Shown: in pieces, positions 26,575-40,624 of the stretch
Position numbering within the stretch: the first letter of the stretch is position 1
Layout: the number at the start of each line of letters is the position of its first letter
Assembly: GCA_951406725.2 (NCBI GenBank)
Contig: OX597816.1
Coordinates: 103,788,001-103,852,000, forward strand
DNA length: 64,000 bases
Direction: 5' to 3'
Source of the DNA: Octopus vulgaris
Lineage: Eukaryota
Notes under the pieces: model-generated
Seen by the model: the letters and a program-made list of their open reading frames with translations, nothing else
Told to the model about the DNA's origin: nothing
Databases searched by the model: none
Position numbers and translations under genes: made by a program

Positions 26575-26770
26575 GAGGCCCAAGGCCTGAAATTTTGGGA
26601 GAGGGGTCCAGTCGATTAGATTGATCCCAGTATGCAACTGTTACTTAATTTATTGACCCCAAAAGGATGAAAGGCAAATTCGACCTTGGTGGAATTCGAA
26701 CTCAGAACAAAAAGACAGATGAAATACCACTAAGCATTTCACCTGGCATGCTAACATTTCTGCCAGCTTG
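26575..26770 (-). mobile_element. SINE family C
   Basis: Matches 19040-19200. Confidence 0.72.
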
Positions 26771-27092
26771 CTGTCTTACTATCTCAGTAATATTGCATTT
26801 AATATTTGTGCCTATCTTAGAATACTTAGCATCCCTATCACTCACCCCGCTATTGCACAAATAGAGACATACATAAACATACATGTATGCATACATGCAT
26901 GTATGCATGCATGTGTGCATGCCTGCCTACACTGGCAGTAGGTATGATCCTTCTGTATAGCACCCTGGCAAGTATTTTTTTTTTCTGTAGTCACATATTC
27001 AACAATAACTTGGGAGTTGAATTTAGTTGACAGAAATTATGCAGAAATCCATTAAGTGTATGTTTGTGTGTATGCATCTGAAACACTTACAT

Positions 27093-27128
<36 letters not shown>

Positions 27129-28949
27129 CCACACACACACATATAGAAGTATGTTTATAATTATGAACAAGTCACAATTATAACTAAGAGGGTTTCAAAA
27201 ACTCTTACATGATTATTTATAGTAATAGAGATATTGGGGAAAACTAGCGAAGGCATGGAATAGGATGGAGGTAAATTCCAAGGCAAAGTGAAAGGAATTA
27301 ATGAAAAAAATAAAACTTTTGAGCTGTAGGGGGTGGTAACACCAACCAATCATCAGTATAATGACCATACACAATATAATGACCAGTCAGCAGAAGTTCA
27401 CCATTACCTTCTGCCGGAGCCTCGTGGAGCTTAGGTGTTTCGCTCATAAACACACACATCACCCGGTCTGAAGTTTAAACCTGTGATCCCTCGTCCATGA
27501 GTCTGCTGCTTTAACCACTAGGCCATGTGCCTCCACTCTACTAATATGTGCAATTTGAACAACCTTTTAATACATTGAGTGTCAAGGGAAAATGTGTAAA
27601 TTGGTCCCATGTGCCACACGTGGTTTTTTTTCAAATTCGTATAGTATTTCAGTTGTATACAATAGCTGTACACGTTTCATTTTTTGATGAGAAAACATGT
27701 ATATCATATATGTATACGCAGCACACTTGTAAAGTGCCATGTATGCTTGTATTGTATACATGGCACTCAATATGTTAAACAAGTTGCATCATTTTCGGTA
27801 TAACTTCACATATATGCATTTGTGAGTGTGTGTCGGGGGGGGTCAGCCTCATCATCAGCATTATATATCCAGATTCCATGTTGAACACACACACATATGC
27901 ACATGCATGCACTCACACATGCATCTACACAAGCACCTACATACACATGTATTCAGACATATGGAATAATGAAGGCTATGGGTGTATGAAAATAAGAACT
28001 GTAAGAAACCGTTATCAATTGTCCATATTTAACTGAGAAAATGGAGAGCATAATTAAAAATAGGACCAGGTGGAGACAGTTTATGAGAAAGGAGAGAATT
28101 TAAAATGATGTATTATGTGAGCTAAACTATATACTGCAATGCATTACAATTCTATCTTATTTCTATGGTAGACAAAAATTGCATACAAATTTTATTTTAA
28201 CAATAAAATTTTATTTTCTCCAAAGAAGTAAAATCTTTATATTTTTTCCGAATAAAATTAAAAAGGAATTGCATGCTGAAAAGGAATGAAACTAACAATA
28301 AAAACTTCAACTCATAAACCAAATTAAAGCAAACATGATAAAGTGAGACAGAATGATTAGAGTATAGAATTAATCAAACAATAGCAAATTTTGTCAGCTA
28401 CTGGGAATGAAAGAATAGTAGAGAAAGATTCTTTAATATTAAGCAGTATCACAGTCTAATAATTATTATTATTTTTTTTATTCCTGTTAAGTCAGATTTA
28501 CAGAATTATAGATTACAGATTGGTTAAAAGTAACAACAGGGAAGATAATGGTTTTCTCAGTTCTCTTAAAATTGTCTCTGGTTATTTTGTCATTGGACAT
28601 TATGCAAGCAGGTGGAGACAATGAAACACATGCTTTGTTTAGAGTGAAAAGAAAAAAAAGTGGCAGTCAGTTTAGGATAAAATCAATAGTCCATCCGTCT
28701 TTGCTAATGTTTTTTCGCGAAAAAATATCAACTTTCATTTTGACTTTATCACTAAAAGAGAAAAAGAAATATCAGTGAAGTGAAAGCCAACAATAGCCAC
28801 ATTTATAGTTGAAAGATTGGGTGAAATTTCCTGAAAACCTACAAATTAATTGAATTTGTGGCAATTTAATTTTTTATTTTTGTATTAGTAGACAAAATCA
28901 AATGGTGGCTTTTGTTCAGTAATCATTAAAAGTGTTTATATCTCTCTTT

Positions 28950-29218
28950 ATATCTTATATCTTTTACTTGTTTCGGTCAGTGGACTATGGTCATGCTGGA
29001 GCACTGTATTGAAGAATTTTTTTAGCGAGTGATTTGACCCTAATATTTATTTTTTTGAAGTTTGGTACTTATTCTATTTGTCTCTTTTACTGAACCACCA
29101 AGTTACGGAAATATAAACACTGGTTATCAAGTGGTAGTTGGGGACAATCACAAACACAAAAACACACACACAAACATGGATATATACATAAATCCATACA
29201 TGTATGCATACACACACA

Positions 29219-29283
<65 letters not shown>

Positions 29284-29430
29284 TATACAAGATTAACTCT
29301 TTTCAGTTTCTGACCGAAGGTTATAGTAAAAGACACTTGACACTTGGACAAGGTGCCACACACTGAGACTGAACCTGAAACCATGTGGTTAGGATAGCGA
29401 ACTTCTTACTACACAGTCATACCTGCACTT
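28950..29430 (-). mobile_element. SINE family A, diverged copy
   Basis: Colinear motifs with 20445-20830. Confidence 0.7.
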
Positions 29431-29767
29431 ATATATATATATATGAAGGCACATGGCTTAATGGTTAGGGTGTTGTACTCACAATTCCGAGATCATGGGT
29501 TCGATTCCCAGATTCCCAGACCGGGCATTGTGTTGCGTTCTTGAACAAAACATCTCATTTCACGTTGCTCTGTGATCATTTCAACATCTGACATGTGGCA
29601 CCCATTCTGATGGAAGTAGGGAGCTTATGTCTACACAAACATTAGATCACTATAAACAAATCATCTGTGTGGTTGTACTGTAAGAAATTGTTGAACCCTC
29701 ATACATTGTCTAATGATGGGAGAGTCCATCATTTATGTATACATATATATATATATATATATATATA

Positions 29768-30078
29768 TCACCTTGATCACCTTGACCAACCAGTCCGTCA
29801 GGCGTCCATTTGACACCGCTGGTGACAGCACGCTGTCCACTCCTCTCTGGATCACGCCTTTCTCATCCACATGATCCCAATTGTCCTCCTGAAATCGTAA
29901 CTCCACCGTCATGGAGGTCTTCCGGGTGGTCTTTTCCGCTCACGCGGGTACCACTCGAAAACTGCAAGATCTTCAGAAAGAAGTCCGGCGTGAGAGATGT
30001 CATCGCAGAGTATACACGCAGCAAGTATAGATGGGCTGGACACGTCGCCCGGATCACCGATAATCGCTCGGCTCACCG

Positions 30079-30080
<2 letters not shown>
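29768..30080 (-). mobile_element. Short RTE LINE insertion with an inverted 5' segment
   Basis: The minus strand gives AVFEWYPRERKRPPGRPP and a short-repeat tail. The plus strand at about 29970-30075 gives the immediately preceding KYRWAGHVARITDNR. Confidence 0.75.
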
Positions 30081-30114
<34 letters not shown>

Positions 30115-31989
30115 CTGTATATATGTATGCATGTATTTGTGCATTCATGCATAAATATTTATCTCTCTTCATGTCCAAACACCTTAGGGACTCATTGGTT
30201 AGACAAATATGGGAGAATGCGCTCATAAATGTGAGATTACCAATGCTGAATTCGAAATATACGTAGTAGGTAGAACTCTAACGCCACTGTTATCACCCAA
30301 GCAATAGGCATATGTGGGTGTGCCCATGTGGGTAGGCAGGTTGATATGTAGGTTTGTATGTATGTAGGTAGGTAGGTAGGTATGTTGGTAAGTAGATAGG
30401 TGGGTATGTATGATTTATACAAAGGATAAAAGGGTATGATTAGAACAATAGCGGCGTGCAGGTAAGCCCATATAAATACTAACATGTAAATATGTAGAAA
30501 CCTGATACACATCTATACACATCCACATACATGCTTGGACAGACATGGACGGACATACACTTACATGTATAGATCCATGAACACACATGCACACAGATAT
30601 TTGCATATTAAAAAACCCACCAGATATACCCATGCATATGCTGGAGTACACTCAATTAAGAAAACACTTGCATGTTTACACACACACACACACGAACCTA
30701 TGCACTCACAGGACTGACTCAACTACATGAACAAGCACACTAAACTACATGTGTTCACACACTCATACACATACATGCACAAACAGACACTCACACACAA
30801 TTACACATACACATGTCCAAACACAGATGCTCACACGCAGATACACGTAGACACACACACACACCTACCCTGTTCTCTCCTTCTCACCCCCACATAAAAG
30901 AACTACACTCTAAACCCATAAATTCTCAGCAGACATGAGACTGACATAACAAAAAGGACAAAAGAACAGACCTCTAAAGTGGTCACGCACGGCTTAGGCA
31001 CATGCACACACACACACACACTCACACAGGCACATACAAGCAGTTACATGAATGTGCACACACAACCAAACATACATGCATATGCATGCACACATGCACA
31101 CACATACATGCACATACACAAACCTTTTGTTTATTTTCACCCTCACCTCCTCTTCTAAACAAGCACGTCTACACACACACTTACAGATATGCATACTCCC
31201 AGACATGAAACCAATTCTCCGACAGATGCAAAGCAGACCTTTGAGCAAAAGGAGAAGTCACCAAGTCACTGAAAAGGTCACAAACAGCTGCAAAAGAACT
31301 TTGACTAATAAACAACTGATTGATAGTTTAACCAACACATTAAACAAATAATTGATTAGTTAGCTGATTAGTTATTTAACCAATTGACTAACAGTAAAGA
31401 AGTGGAATTGAACCTATGCTTGTGTTATTATTAGTCTAACGACACCCCCAAGACACAAGAAAATCCCTTCATATGCACACTTACGTATATTTATATATTT
31501 GTGCATGGATGGATGTATTGTGCGTGTATGCATGCATGTTTGTGTATGTGTGTGTGTGTAATTTATGTATGCATGTATGCATGTATGTAATGTATGTATC
31601 TATCCATGTATTTATGTATAGGCACACATAGCACATAAACACATACTGTCTAGATTGACTAGCTTTGCAAAATTTGGCGTTTGTATATTACCTGAAGACA
31701 GTGTTTCAAATAACATTCTACTGACCTTTAATTGGAAGTTCTAATGAGCATCATATCCCATTTAGATTTTTGGATCTGCCACTGGTGATTTCAACTCCAT
31801 ATTGCTGCAATGACAAGACAGTGTTCATCACGGAAGGAACTGAACTCAGCCATGCAAACTAATGAATATTAAGTTCCAGGGATGATACTTAAACTGTTGG
31901 CTCTTCAACCAATAATAGTTCAATATTCACGCTTTGTTAATTCACACATATGTCATTCAGATAATACTTAATTCAACATAAAATAGAAA

Positions 31990-33969
31990 CTAGTACTCAT
32001 CACGTAGCTGTGAAACCTTCAAGTAACGAATACACTTTATTTATGAAGGTTTGTTACAACTTGTTAAATGTTGATGACAAGACTATCACCTACTACTACT
32101 AATTCATTGTTATATGATTAGTGAATTTATCATCATTTATAATAATCATTATCATTTCAATAATAATCATTCTCATTTCAACTGTTCATTTGTCCATACT
32201 AACCCATGTTTTGAGATGAAGCTAACAAAACACATAGCTTAACCCATTTTGATACATGGCTGTTTATTGCATGAGATTCAATCTCTGAAGATCTGATCTG
32301 ACTTCTCATGTTTTTACATCTAATGCATACATCATTTGTTGCTAAAAGCCACACTTTCAGCTTACATGTTCTTTGCTTCTCATCCAAGTTAATATGACAT
32401 ACACAGAACTTGACTAACTCTTCTCCAATCTCAGTAGATCCTCCATATTTAGTATTCTTGTCTCCCTACCATGTAGCATCTCACCTCTTAGTCTTACTAA
32501 TTTCTATAAACTGGACCCATGAAAAAATTCATGGATAATTTAAATATTGTCCAATGAATAGTTATCATTTTAAAAAAATTTGCATTATTTTGGCTAATGA
32601 AAAATTCTATTATCCTTTATGTTATATTTATTAATAATATAAGTATATATTAAATTATTGTGTGAAAGTATATTTTAAATATATCCATTATAGCACCTCT
32701 ATATACAATATTTCTAGTGTAGCTGATTCCCCTTCTGCGACCATGAGTGGATTCGTTTTGAGATATCACTTTAACCCTCACATTGTTCATCGCCTTTGCT
32801 CTTGAAAAAGCTTCATGAAGCTGGCCGTGAGTGAAGCACGGTTGTGGCAAGTGTATGCCAACTCTATCAAATGTTTGCCCCTGTGCTTTGTTGATTGTCA
32901 TAGAATAGGACAGACAAACCGGGAACTGGGTCCGATGCAGAACGAATGAAATGTTTGCATTGCTTGGAATAAGTTTGATACTGGGAGTCAGTACTCTCGT
33001 GTGAGAATGAGATCCACTTATAATTGACACTTCGATGCTATGCTCACAGAGCTGAAGTACTTCCAAGTGAGTTCTGTTGCATAGAGCTTGTGTTATAGAG
33101 AGGTTTGTAAGAAACATAATAATTGCTCCAACTTTTGAGTTATGGCGATGGGGAAGCATTCCAGAAGGTGTAAGAGAGTTTATAAACTCATTCTGGGTTT
33201 CTTCATTATCAGAAGTCACTGAGTCAGTGCTTAGATGTATCTTAGTTTCAGTGGGCAATCTATTTAGAATTTCTTTGTTTACTGCTAAGTAGTAAAATTT
33301 TTAGGAGATAAGATCACTCTAGTTTTCATTTCTTCTATTGTACAGTTATCAAATATATCAGATACCAAAGAATTGTTACATATGCATGCCTCAGGAATAT
33401 CAATAGTATCTTCTGTGTGGTTATCAAGAGAGCTTTGAAGAAATCCACTTCCAAGTTGTAGTAGCCACCTCGAGAAATCTTGTTCATTTGCATTTGTTCT
33501 CATGTTTTGTGTAAGTTGCATTTGATGGAAATTATCCCACATAGTGGAGCATTTGAGGCAGGCGTCAAGTACTGTTGCAAAAGGCGTTCTGAGAACAACT
33601 GGAAGAACTTGTCTAAAATCTTTTTCTAGCACAATAATTTTCTTACCAAATATACTATTACTATTCATATCTCTTAAACAATTATCTATAGCTTTCAAAG
33701 CATAAACTGGTATCATTGAAGCTTCGTCAATAATGAAGACTTTTATTTGCCTAAGTATATTTCCTTGATCAGAATTTGGTGGAACACTGCACACACTTAT
33801 TTCACTCAAAGGAACTAAAAGCTTGAATATATTGTGAAAAGTTTTACCACCTTTCAAGAGTGTTCCAGCAATACCAGTCCAGAAGCCAAGGGAAATAATT
33901 CGAATTTAATCATGACTTATCTCCCTTAGTGTGACAAACACCAATGGTACAAGCGTACTAATATATAGA
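31990..33969 (-). mobile_element. Internally deleted Helitron carrying a decayed PIF1 helicase region
   Basis: PIF1 motifs on the minus strand: GKTFH, FIIDEASM, DFRQVLPV, LTQNMR, RTQFPV, MTINKAQGQT, FTHGQL. Putative 5' end A|TCTATA at 33969 and 3' hairpin (tcac..gtga) plus CTAG|T at 31990. The ends are less certain than the helicase call. Confidence 0.78.
32650..33857 (-). pseudogene. PIF1-family helicase fragment (Helitron RepHel C-terminus), split into two ORFs
   Basis: ORFs 33285-33857 and 32650-33258 in the track. Walker A and the Rep domain are absent. Confidence 0.88.
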
Positions 33970-36900
33970 TTACTTTTTGCGTAGAAAGAGGAAGTCTCTT
34001 CTACAATGGATAGAGCATTTTTCTGAACTTTTACCTCTTCCTTACTATAGTATGTTTTCACTACCCTCACTCCCTATTAACACTAATTAAGTTACATAAG
34101 TAATAGACACTATACTCTACATTTACTGAGCTGACTGAATAGTTCATGGACTACATTGCATGAGTGTCCCTATTTCTAGTTATTCTTTTATATCTAGCAT
34201 ATTTGGCATTATGGTGCTCTATCAGTCTGCCAGAGATTCCATTATATCTTTTGTGTACCCATTGCTTGAATTAAGTATACATTATTATCAATAAAAAGAG
34301 CAAAATCAGAAATCAACAAATTTGTGAAAACTATTGACCCATGAAATTACTAAAACTTAGATGCAAAATGTTAGAAAATATGAGAAACAACATTTTCTAG
34401 TTTGTGAGCGCTTTTGGATTTGGAAAAAGAATATTATAATTTACTTTCCTTTAACAATCAGCATTTCATTCTGACCAATTTTTCATGAAACAGCAACCTT
34501 GTAGAAACTGTTTTTTATTTACTATGGTGATGTCACAGTACTCTGTACATTTACTTTTGTTTTCTTTCAAATGTTCACCATTTTACAACTAATACAATCA
34601 GTCAATTGAATTGGATGTCTTTAAGCAATTTATTATGTGTACCTGTATACTTGAATGTGATTCTTATCTAAAATTCTTTGCATGACAAAAATTCAACATT
34701 CTGGAATGTATTCTCCCCACAAAAAAAAAAAAGCCATTCATCTAACTGGTAAACTTTTACTAACCAGCTATAAACACTGATGCACGCTTTCCTTCAGACT
34801 ATCCTTTAACTATCATTTCTAACAAAGAATACACTGATTGAAAAAAATGATGAATTTATTTTCAGCTGGTATGCCTTTGATTGTCGGTCTTCTCAGTCAG
34901 ATCCAACATGAAGCTATAACAACAACCACCATTATTCCTACTACATTGGTTGCTGTTCCTCTGTACTAAAAGGCTGTTTAACATTTAACTGAGTTCAGTT
35001 AATTCGCTTGTCTCCCATCCTTTTTCCAAAGTTATGATATCTCATCTTCTTTAATTAACATGCTTTGCCCTGTCTTCAGTCCTCTGGAATCACCTTCCAG
35101 CTCACTTGTGGAGCATTAAGCTGGAAATCTAGTAACATCAGCTTCACTAGTTTGCAAAATCTACGAGAAACATATTTTTTGGTAGTAAAATCTTGTGACT
35201 TAAATTAAAACATCAGATTGAAGTTTTACCTCTATTCTATTAAAGCTGATTGAAATATGTAAATAAACTATTGGAGTTCTAGAGCAAATGTGTTTTTACT
35301 ATAATTATTATTGGTTATTTAGAGTTAGTTTGATAATAATCTCTCTTAGATTACAGTGAGAAAGGTGTTTATTCTCAGGTCAGACTTAGGATTAAAAGCA
35401 TTCCTGGCTATGGTTATTCATACAGAGTGACCTGGAGTTACTCTATCCATTTTGTCTATTTTCTAAGACAGATTGATTTGACTGCTTTTTTCTAGTATCT
35501 TGAGTGACTACAAAGAAATTCTTTTTCTCTGATAGTTCATAGTTTTATTTCAAATCCGACATTTTTCTCATATAGACCCTACCAAATGAATGTGGTTTTA
35601 ATTTGATTTGCTTTCATTTACAAACGAATTAACAGTTAAAAAATCTTTTTTTAAAACCTTCTCTAAGTTTCTTAAAACAGTATTTATCAAATTGTTTCAG
35701 ATGATTTCTAGCATTAACTTTCATAATCTGGCTGATTTATCTGGAAACTCAAATGTATTAAAGAAGGCATAGATGTTACAACTATTTTTTCTTACATCAT
35801 ATTTTGAAGTACAATGAATCAATGTAAAGTATGAAGTGTACTTCACATGAATGGATGGTTTCTCTGTCATGCTATTAAATCTTTCTAATAAAACCTTTGG
35901 ACAGTTGCTAACTTATACTTCTCATCTCTAAAATTTTATCTAAAGTATTTTTTTATTGTATACTGACCACTTCTTATCTCTTTGTGATTCAATACCTTCC
36001 ATTGCTATGGGCCTTCTTAATTCTTCATCCCATCTGTAAAATGTTACTTTTATCTCACAGACATGAAAAGAATAGTAGTTTTAGAAGACTTTGCTCTAGA
36101 CACTGTCATTTTATAGAAATATATTACATTTACCATTGATTTCTTTCCTTCATTTACATGTATTTATTCTCTATCATGCAGTTAACTGTTTCACAACAAA
36201 ACATATCAATATCCTATTTCCTAGAACTTTCTCAATGCAACAAAAAATTTCATTCACCTGGTCTTTTATACTACAAATAAATGAATGCCTACTTGCAAGC
36301 TCTCCCACTTCTGTTGCTTTTCACTTACTCTTTCTCTTTCTAAATCAGATCTGAGTATATCTGCCTCTGCTAATATCTCTTTGTAACTTTCATATCAATT
36401 CTCTATTATGAGTGTATTTGTATATTTAGTATTTTTTATTTTTCCTAAAAAGCATCTCGTAAATATATATATATATATATATTTTTTATAATGTACATTT
36501 TTTGCTTCAAAATATATCACATTATCAACAATCAAATATAAATTCAGTGGCAATCTTCTTTTTACTTATGAGAAGAAGGAAAGATTCTGGATTTATCTAT
36601 TCAAGCATAACACCACCTGCAATGAAAGCTGTTAGTCTATTAATTTGAAAATTTGGATATAATGTCTTAGCGAAAATATTTTACATATATCATTTTTTGA
36701 AAATATTATCTATTAATGAACAAAATGATGATATTTCAGAAAATACTTGTCACGTTTCATGTATCAGTTGAGAAGTACACTGGCTGTTCAGTCTCACTGC
36801 AATCATATTTCTTCTGTTTCTAATCTATAGCATTCATCAGAAAAAAAAGAAAAAAAAAACAGAGAAAAAAACTCCACAACTTCAACAAATAAATCATTGC

Positions 36901-37143
36901 ATCTGCAAAGCAAGAAAAATATTAAATTAATGTCTGAGTGATGCATTCTACTGTTTTATACATGGGAGAACACCACTCTCTGAATTGCCTTTCCAAGACG
37001 TCTCTGCTTAATACTTATATGACATAATTTATGCATGTGGCAACATGCAACCTCCTTGGCTTTAATCATTTTTTAATTTCATTTATGTAGCCAATACTTA
37101 GTTTCTTTATTCCTCCCAGTAATATTAATATATTTAATATATA

Positions 37144-38413
37144 CACAGGCATGCAGGAAGTAAATAGACACTTTAATTTTCAAAATCTTTTTATTTAATA
37201 CGCAAAGCAAACAATTGAAATGTAATCGCTAGGACTACATACTTTAGTATTTAGTTGACATTCCCTTTGCAGTTTTTAATTCAGAAACTCTTTTTGGCAT
37301 TGAACTGATGAGCTTTGTGATTGTCACTTGTGGAATTTATGCCCACTTTTCATGCAACAATCAAAACAATTCATCTTTAGATTTAGGTTTCTGTCAAGTT
37401 TTTTTGTATAGCTCTATCTAGTATGCTCCAAAGATTTTCAATTGGGTTCATGCCAGAAGATTGGCTCAGCCAAGGAAGCTTTTTGATCCCTTTTTCAGTC
37501 AACCATTGTTGATTCTTTTTTGCTCTGTGGCATGAAACCCCATCTTCCATGAATAAAAATTCATTTTTCATTATGTTATTGTGTGAATACATCGGAAATA
37601 GTCCTTGCTTAAGTATTTCGATGTATTTTGCAGAGTTTATGGTTCCAACACATTCGATCAGCTCAGAACGACCGTTGCTGGTGACAACTCCCCATACCAT
37701 TACAGAGATACCACCATGTTTCACAGTTGGCTGGAGTCGTTTCAAATCAAATTCTTGATTGGGAAGCCTCCAAACCCAAACGCATCCACTGTCTGAAAAT
37801 AATGCAAATCTGGAATCATCTGAGAAAGTCACTCTATCCCAAAATGAACTGGATTTTTCTGACATCTCCTTAGCCCATTTCTTTCTTTTCATGATATTAA
37901 TTGGTTGAAGGAGAGATTTTCTTCTAGCTACTCATCCATAATACCCAAGCTTATGCAGATATGTAACACACGATCTTGGACTAACTTCTAGCTGTTTTGC
38001 AATGTCAGAAGCCTTTGATTGGGCTTCATTTTCCACAATTCTCTTCAAACAGCAAAGCTTCGTTTCCGAGGGCCCAGGTCAGCTGGGACGAGAATCTGTT
38101 GATTCTTTTCCTTGGCTTTTGAATTGCACTATAATTCTATTAACACTATCAAGAGGAATTTGAAGATTTTCGGCAATTTTTCGCTGGCTAAGACCAGCCT
38201 CAGATTCCCAACTATATGACCTCTTTGAAAATCTGACAGTGCTGAATTCTTTGTGCAGGGCATGGTTACTCTTTGCAAATGTTTAATATAATGGCACCTG
38301 GAATGAAAAAGAATAATTACATTGTAAATTCTACACCGCTGAAAACATATTAAGGCGCTTAGATCAGAAATTTTAAAAATTAAAGGTGTCTATTTACTTC
38401 CTACATGTCTGTG
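37144..38413 (-). mobile_element. Full-length decayed Tc1 transposon (DDE type)
   Basis: TA-flanked TIRs cacaggcatgcaggaagtaaatagacac / gtgtctatttacttcctacatgtctgtg. ORF 37383-37892 has FSDDSRF, TVKHGG, FMEDG..CH and MNPIENLW. Confidence 0.92.
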
Positions 38414-39521
38414 TATATAAAATATATTTTATTTGGTTTTGACAATTGTGTCTCCTTAGGGGAAGCACATTAATTGAGTGGTTAAGATGTAGACCTACTT
38501 GCTCATGATTTTAAATCTGATTTTTTTTTGGTCTATTTTGCATTTACTCAGCTGTTGGAAACAGACATTAAATGATTTAGAAATGTTATCTATGAAAGGA
38601 TAGACATGTATCCTATCCTAATGAAATCCATTTTGCATACACTTAAGCTTATGGAACCAGAGTCAAGGACCAACCCTTTAAAACTTGACTAGTCTGAGAA
38701 GATAATTACATATTTTTAGCATAGAGTTTCCTGTTACAAAAATTTTGTATGAAGTCTTATGCTTCTAATGTTCTTTGTGGTATGATATGTTCAGAAGAAC
38801 TCTCAGAAAAATTGCAAAATGTTCATTACAAGCATATATTATTACTTCCAAAATGCAATTGCATTAAATTGTTGCAAAGACTGCTTCATATTTACTAAAT
38901 GTGACTGATATTGGTTTCTGAAGCATGCAATTTGATATCATAAACATATTGTCTCCTCTCTTCATATTCTGTTACAACTGGTATGGGGGCTTTTGCTCCT
39001 TGAAGCTGGCTGTCATCTCCAATCAAGCTCTCCCAACTTAACCATTTCCACTTCTCTCATTGTCCACATTGTGTCACAACCACTGGCTCTTCAGTAACTA
39101 CTGTTCCCAGTTGTTTCTAACCAAGATGCCCACCTTCTGTAATTCTCTCTTGGCACATATTTTCCTTGCATCCATTAACTTGCTGCTGTTCAAGAGGAAT
39201 GTTAACTGTATTAAAACCATCAGCATTAATTGAGTTGTAAAGATCATGGGCATAGTCTCTTTCTCCAGATCAAATAATAAATAGAATTTTAAAATGGTAA
39301 AAAACGCCATATGGCTTGTGTACAAGTTGAGTTTGAGTGCATTGTGTGGTATATAGAATAACAACAATCTTATGATAGAGCCTAGGAATGTTTATTCATT
39401 ATTTCATTCTACTCTTGTATAAAATATGTTTGAAAAATCTTCTTAGAAATATTATTTAATTTCTTTATCTAACTATTGAGTTTTTATCTTGTTTTACATT
39501 TTTATCTTATTTTTATTGCAG

Positions 39522-39628
39522 CGGAAGGATTACATCTGGCTCACCTAATGTCTGCTCATGGCTATCTTTTTCCAATTGATGACCACGTGTTAACAGTTAA
39601 AAATGACAACACGTATTACCGTTTCCAG
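39522..39628 (+). CDS. RGS7: RGS7/RGS6-like coding exon (DEP): (A)[35 protein letters not shown]
   Basis: ttattgcag acceptor and gtaagg donor; 107 bp, phase 1-0. Strong match to [35 protein letters not shown]. Confidence 0.95.
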
Positions 39629-40468
39629 GTAAGGTATATCTTTTTGACACCTTCATTCCCTTTAGCTTTTGATTATATTTTCTCTATTCAAAATATGGGG
39701 TGTTTGATTCAAAAGAATTCTGAGAAGGATGTAAAATGTTTATTCAATTCATTACTATTATTGATAATAAAACTTCATTATTATCTCCAATATTGCATTA
39801 GTTTATTTGAAAGAATTAAAGTTGTTATTTTAACTCCAGCTCACCCCTGACTACTATGACCAAAGGTATTCAACCATGACCATTTTTTTGTTTTTTTTGC
39901 TGGGTGGCACATATCTTGAACTACATTATCTGATATTTCCAGCAAGAAGATGGTAAGATGTGATTTTAAGGAGATTTGGATATTATTTCTAGCTACTAGT
40001 TGAGCTACCATGGAGAGGCTCCTCTGGCTTGCAGAATGTCTTCTGTTTACATGAAACCAATGAATAGCACTTGGCAGAGTCTTTGAAACATGCAATTCAA
40101 TATCCATGACATAAACACAGCAACTCAGTGAAGGTATAGCTTGTGAGGGAGCACAGTTCCAGAGAAGATTATGCTGGATAAGATAACAGTAACTTTAGAA
40201 TATGTAGGGAAGTAAATGCTACTTACTTTTAATGTTGTGAGCATTATTGTTTTAATTAATCAGGATATATGTGCTGAAAAATGGCCAACATTTTTTAACA
40301 ATAATAAAGCAAACAAAATTGAGGATAACTACTTAAAATTATCAAAACAAACAAACAAAGTCATTCACACACACACACACAATTTTGCTTAGGCATTGCA
40401 AGATTAATAACCTGAAGTAGATCTCAGTGTATGTGTGTGAAGTGTTAGATGAGTATAGAGCAGTAATC

Positions 40469-40608
40469 AGAAAATGAAATGACAAAGGGGAAAGAGATAT
40501 TTATGTTTTGAACTTCATAAGCTTACATCTGTTTCTGCTTTAAAATGTGGTGATTTCATAGTTGAGTGCCTGAATAACATCCTATAGTTTCATTGCATCC
40601 TCGATTAT
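40469..40608 (-). repeat. Decayed hammerhead-bearing repeat, inverted partner of 42101-42240
   Basis: 'tagttgagtgcctgaataacat' is the exact reverse complement of 'atgttattcaggcactcaacta' at about 42130, and similarity extends about 140 bp. Confidence 0.75.
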
Positions 40609-40624
40609 GAAGTGCAGTTTCGTC

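Noticed and set aside
32650-33857. Host PIF1 gene nested in the intron
   Set aside because: Intronless, truncated, with degenerate motifs and Helitron-like termini.
39476-39850. 124-aa ORF as a single-exon gene
   Set aside because: Only 39522-39628 is coding. The rest is intron read-through beyond the AG/GT sites.
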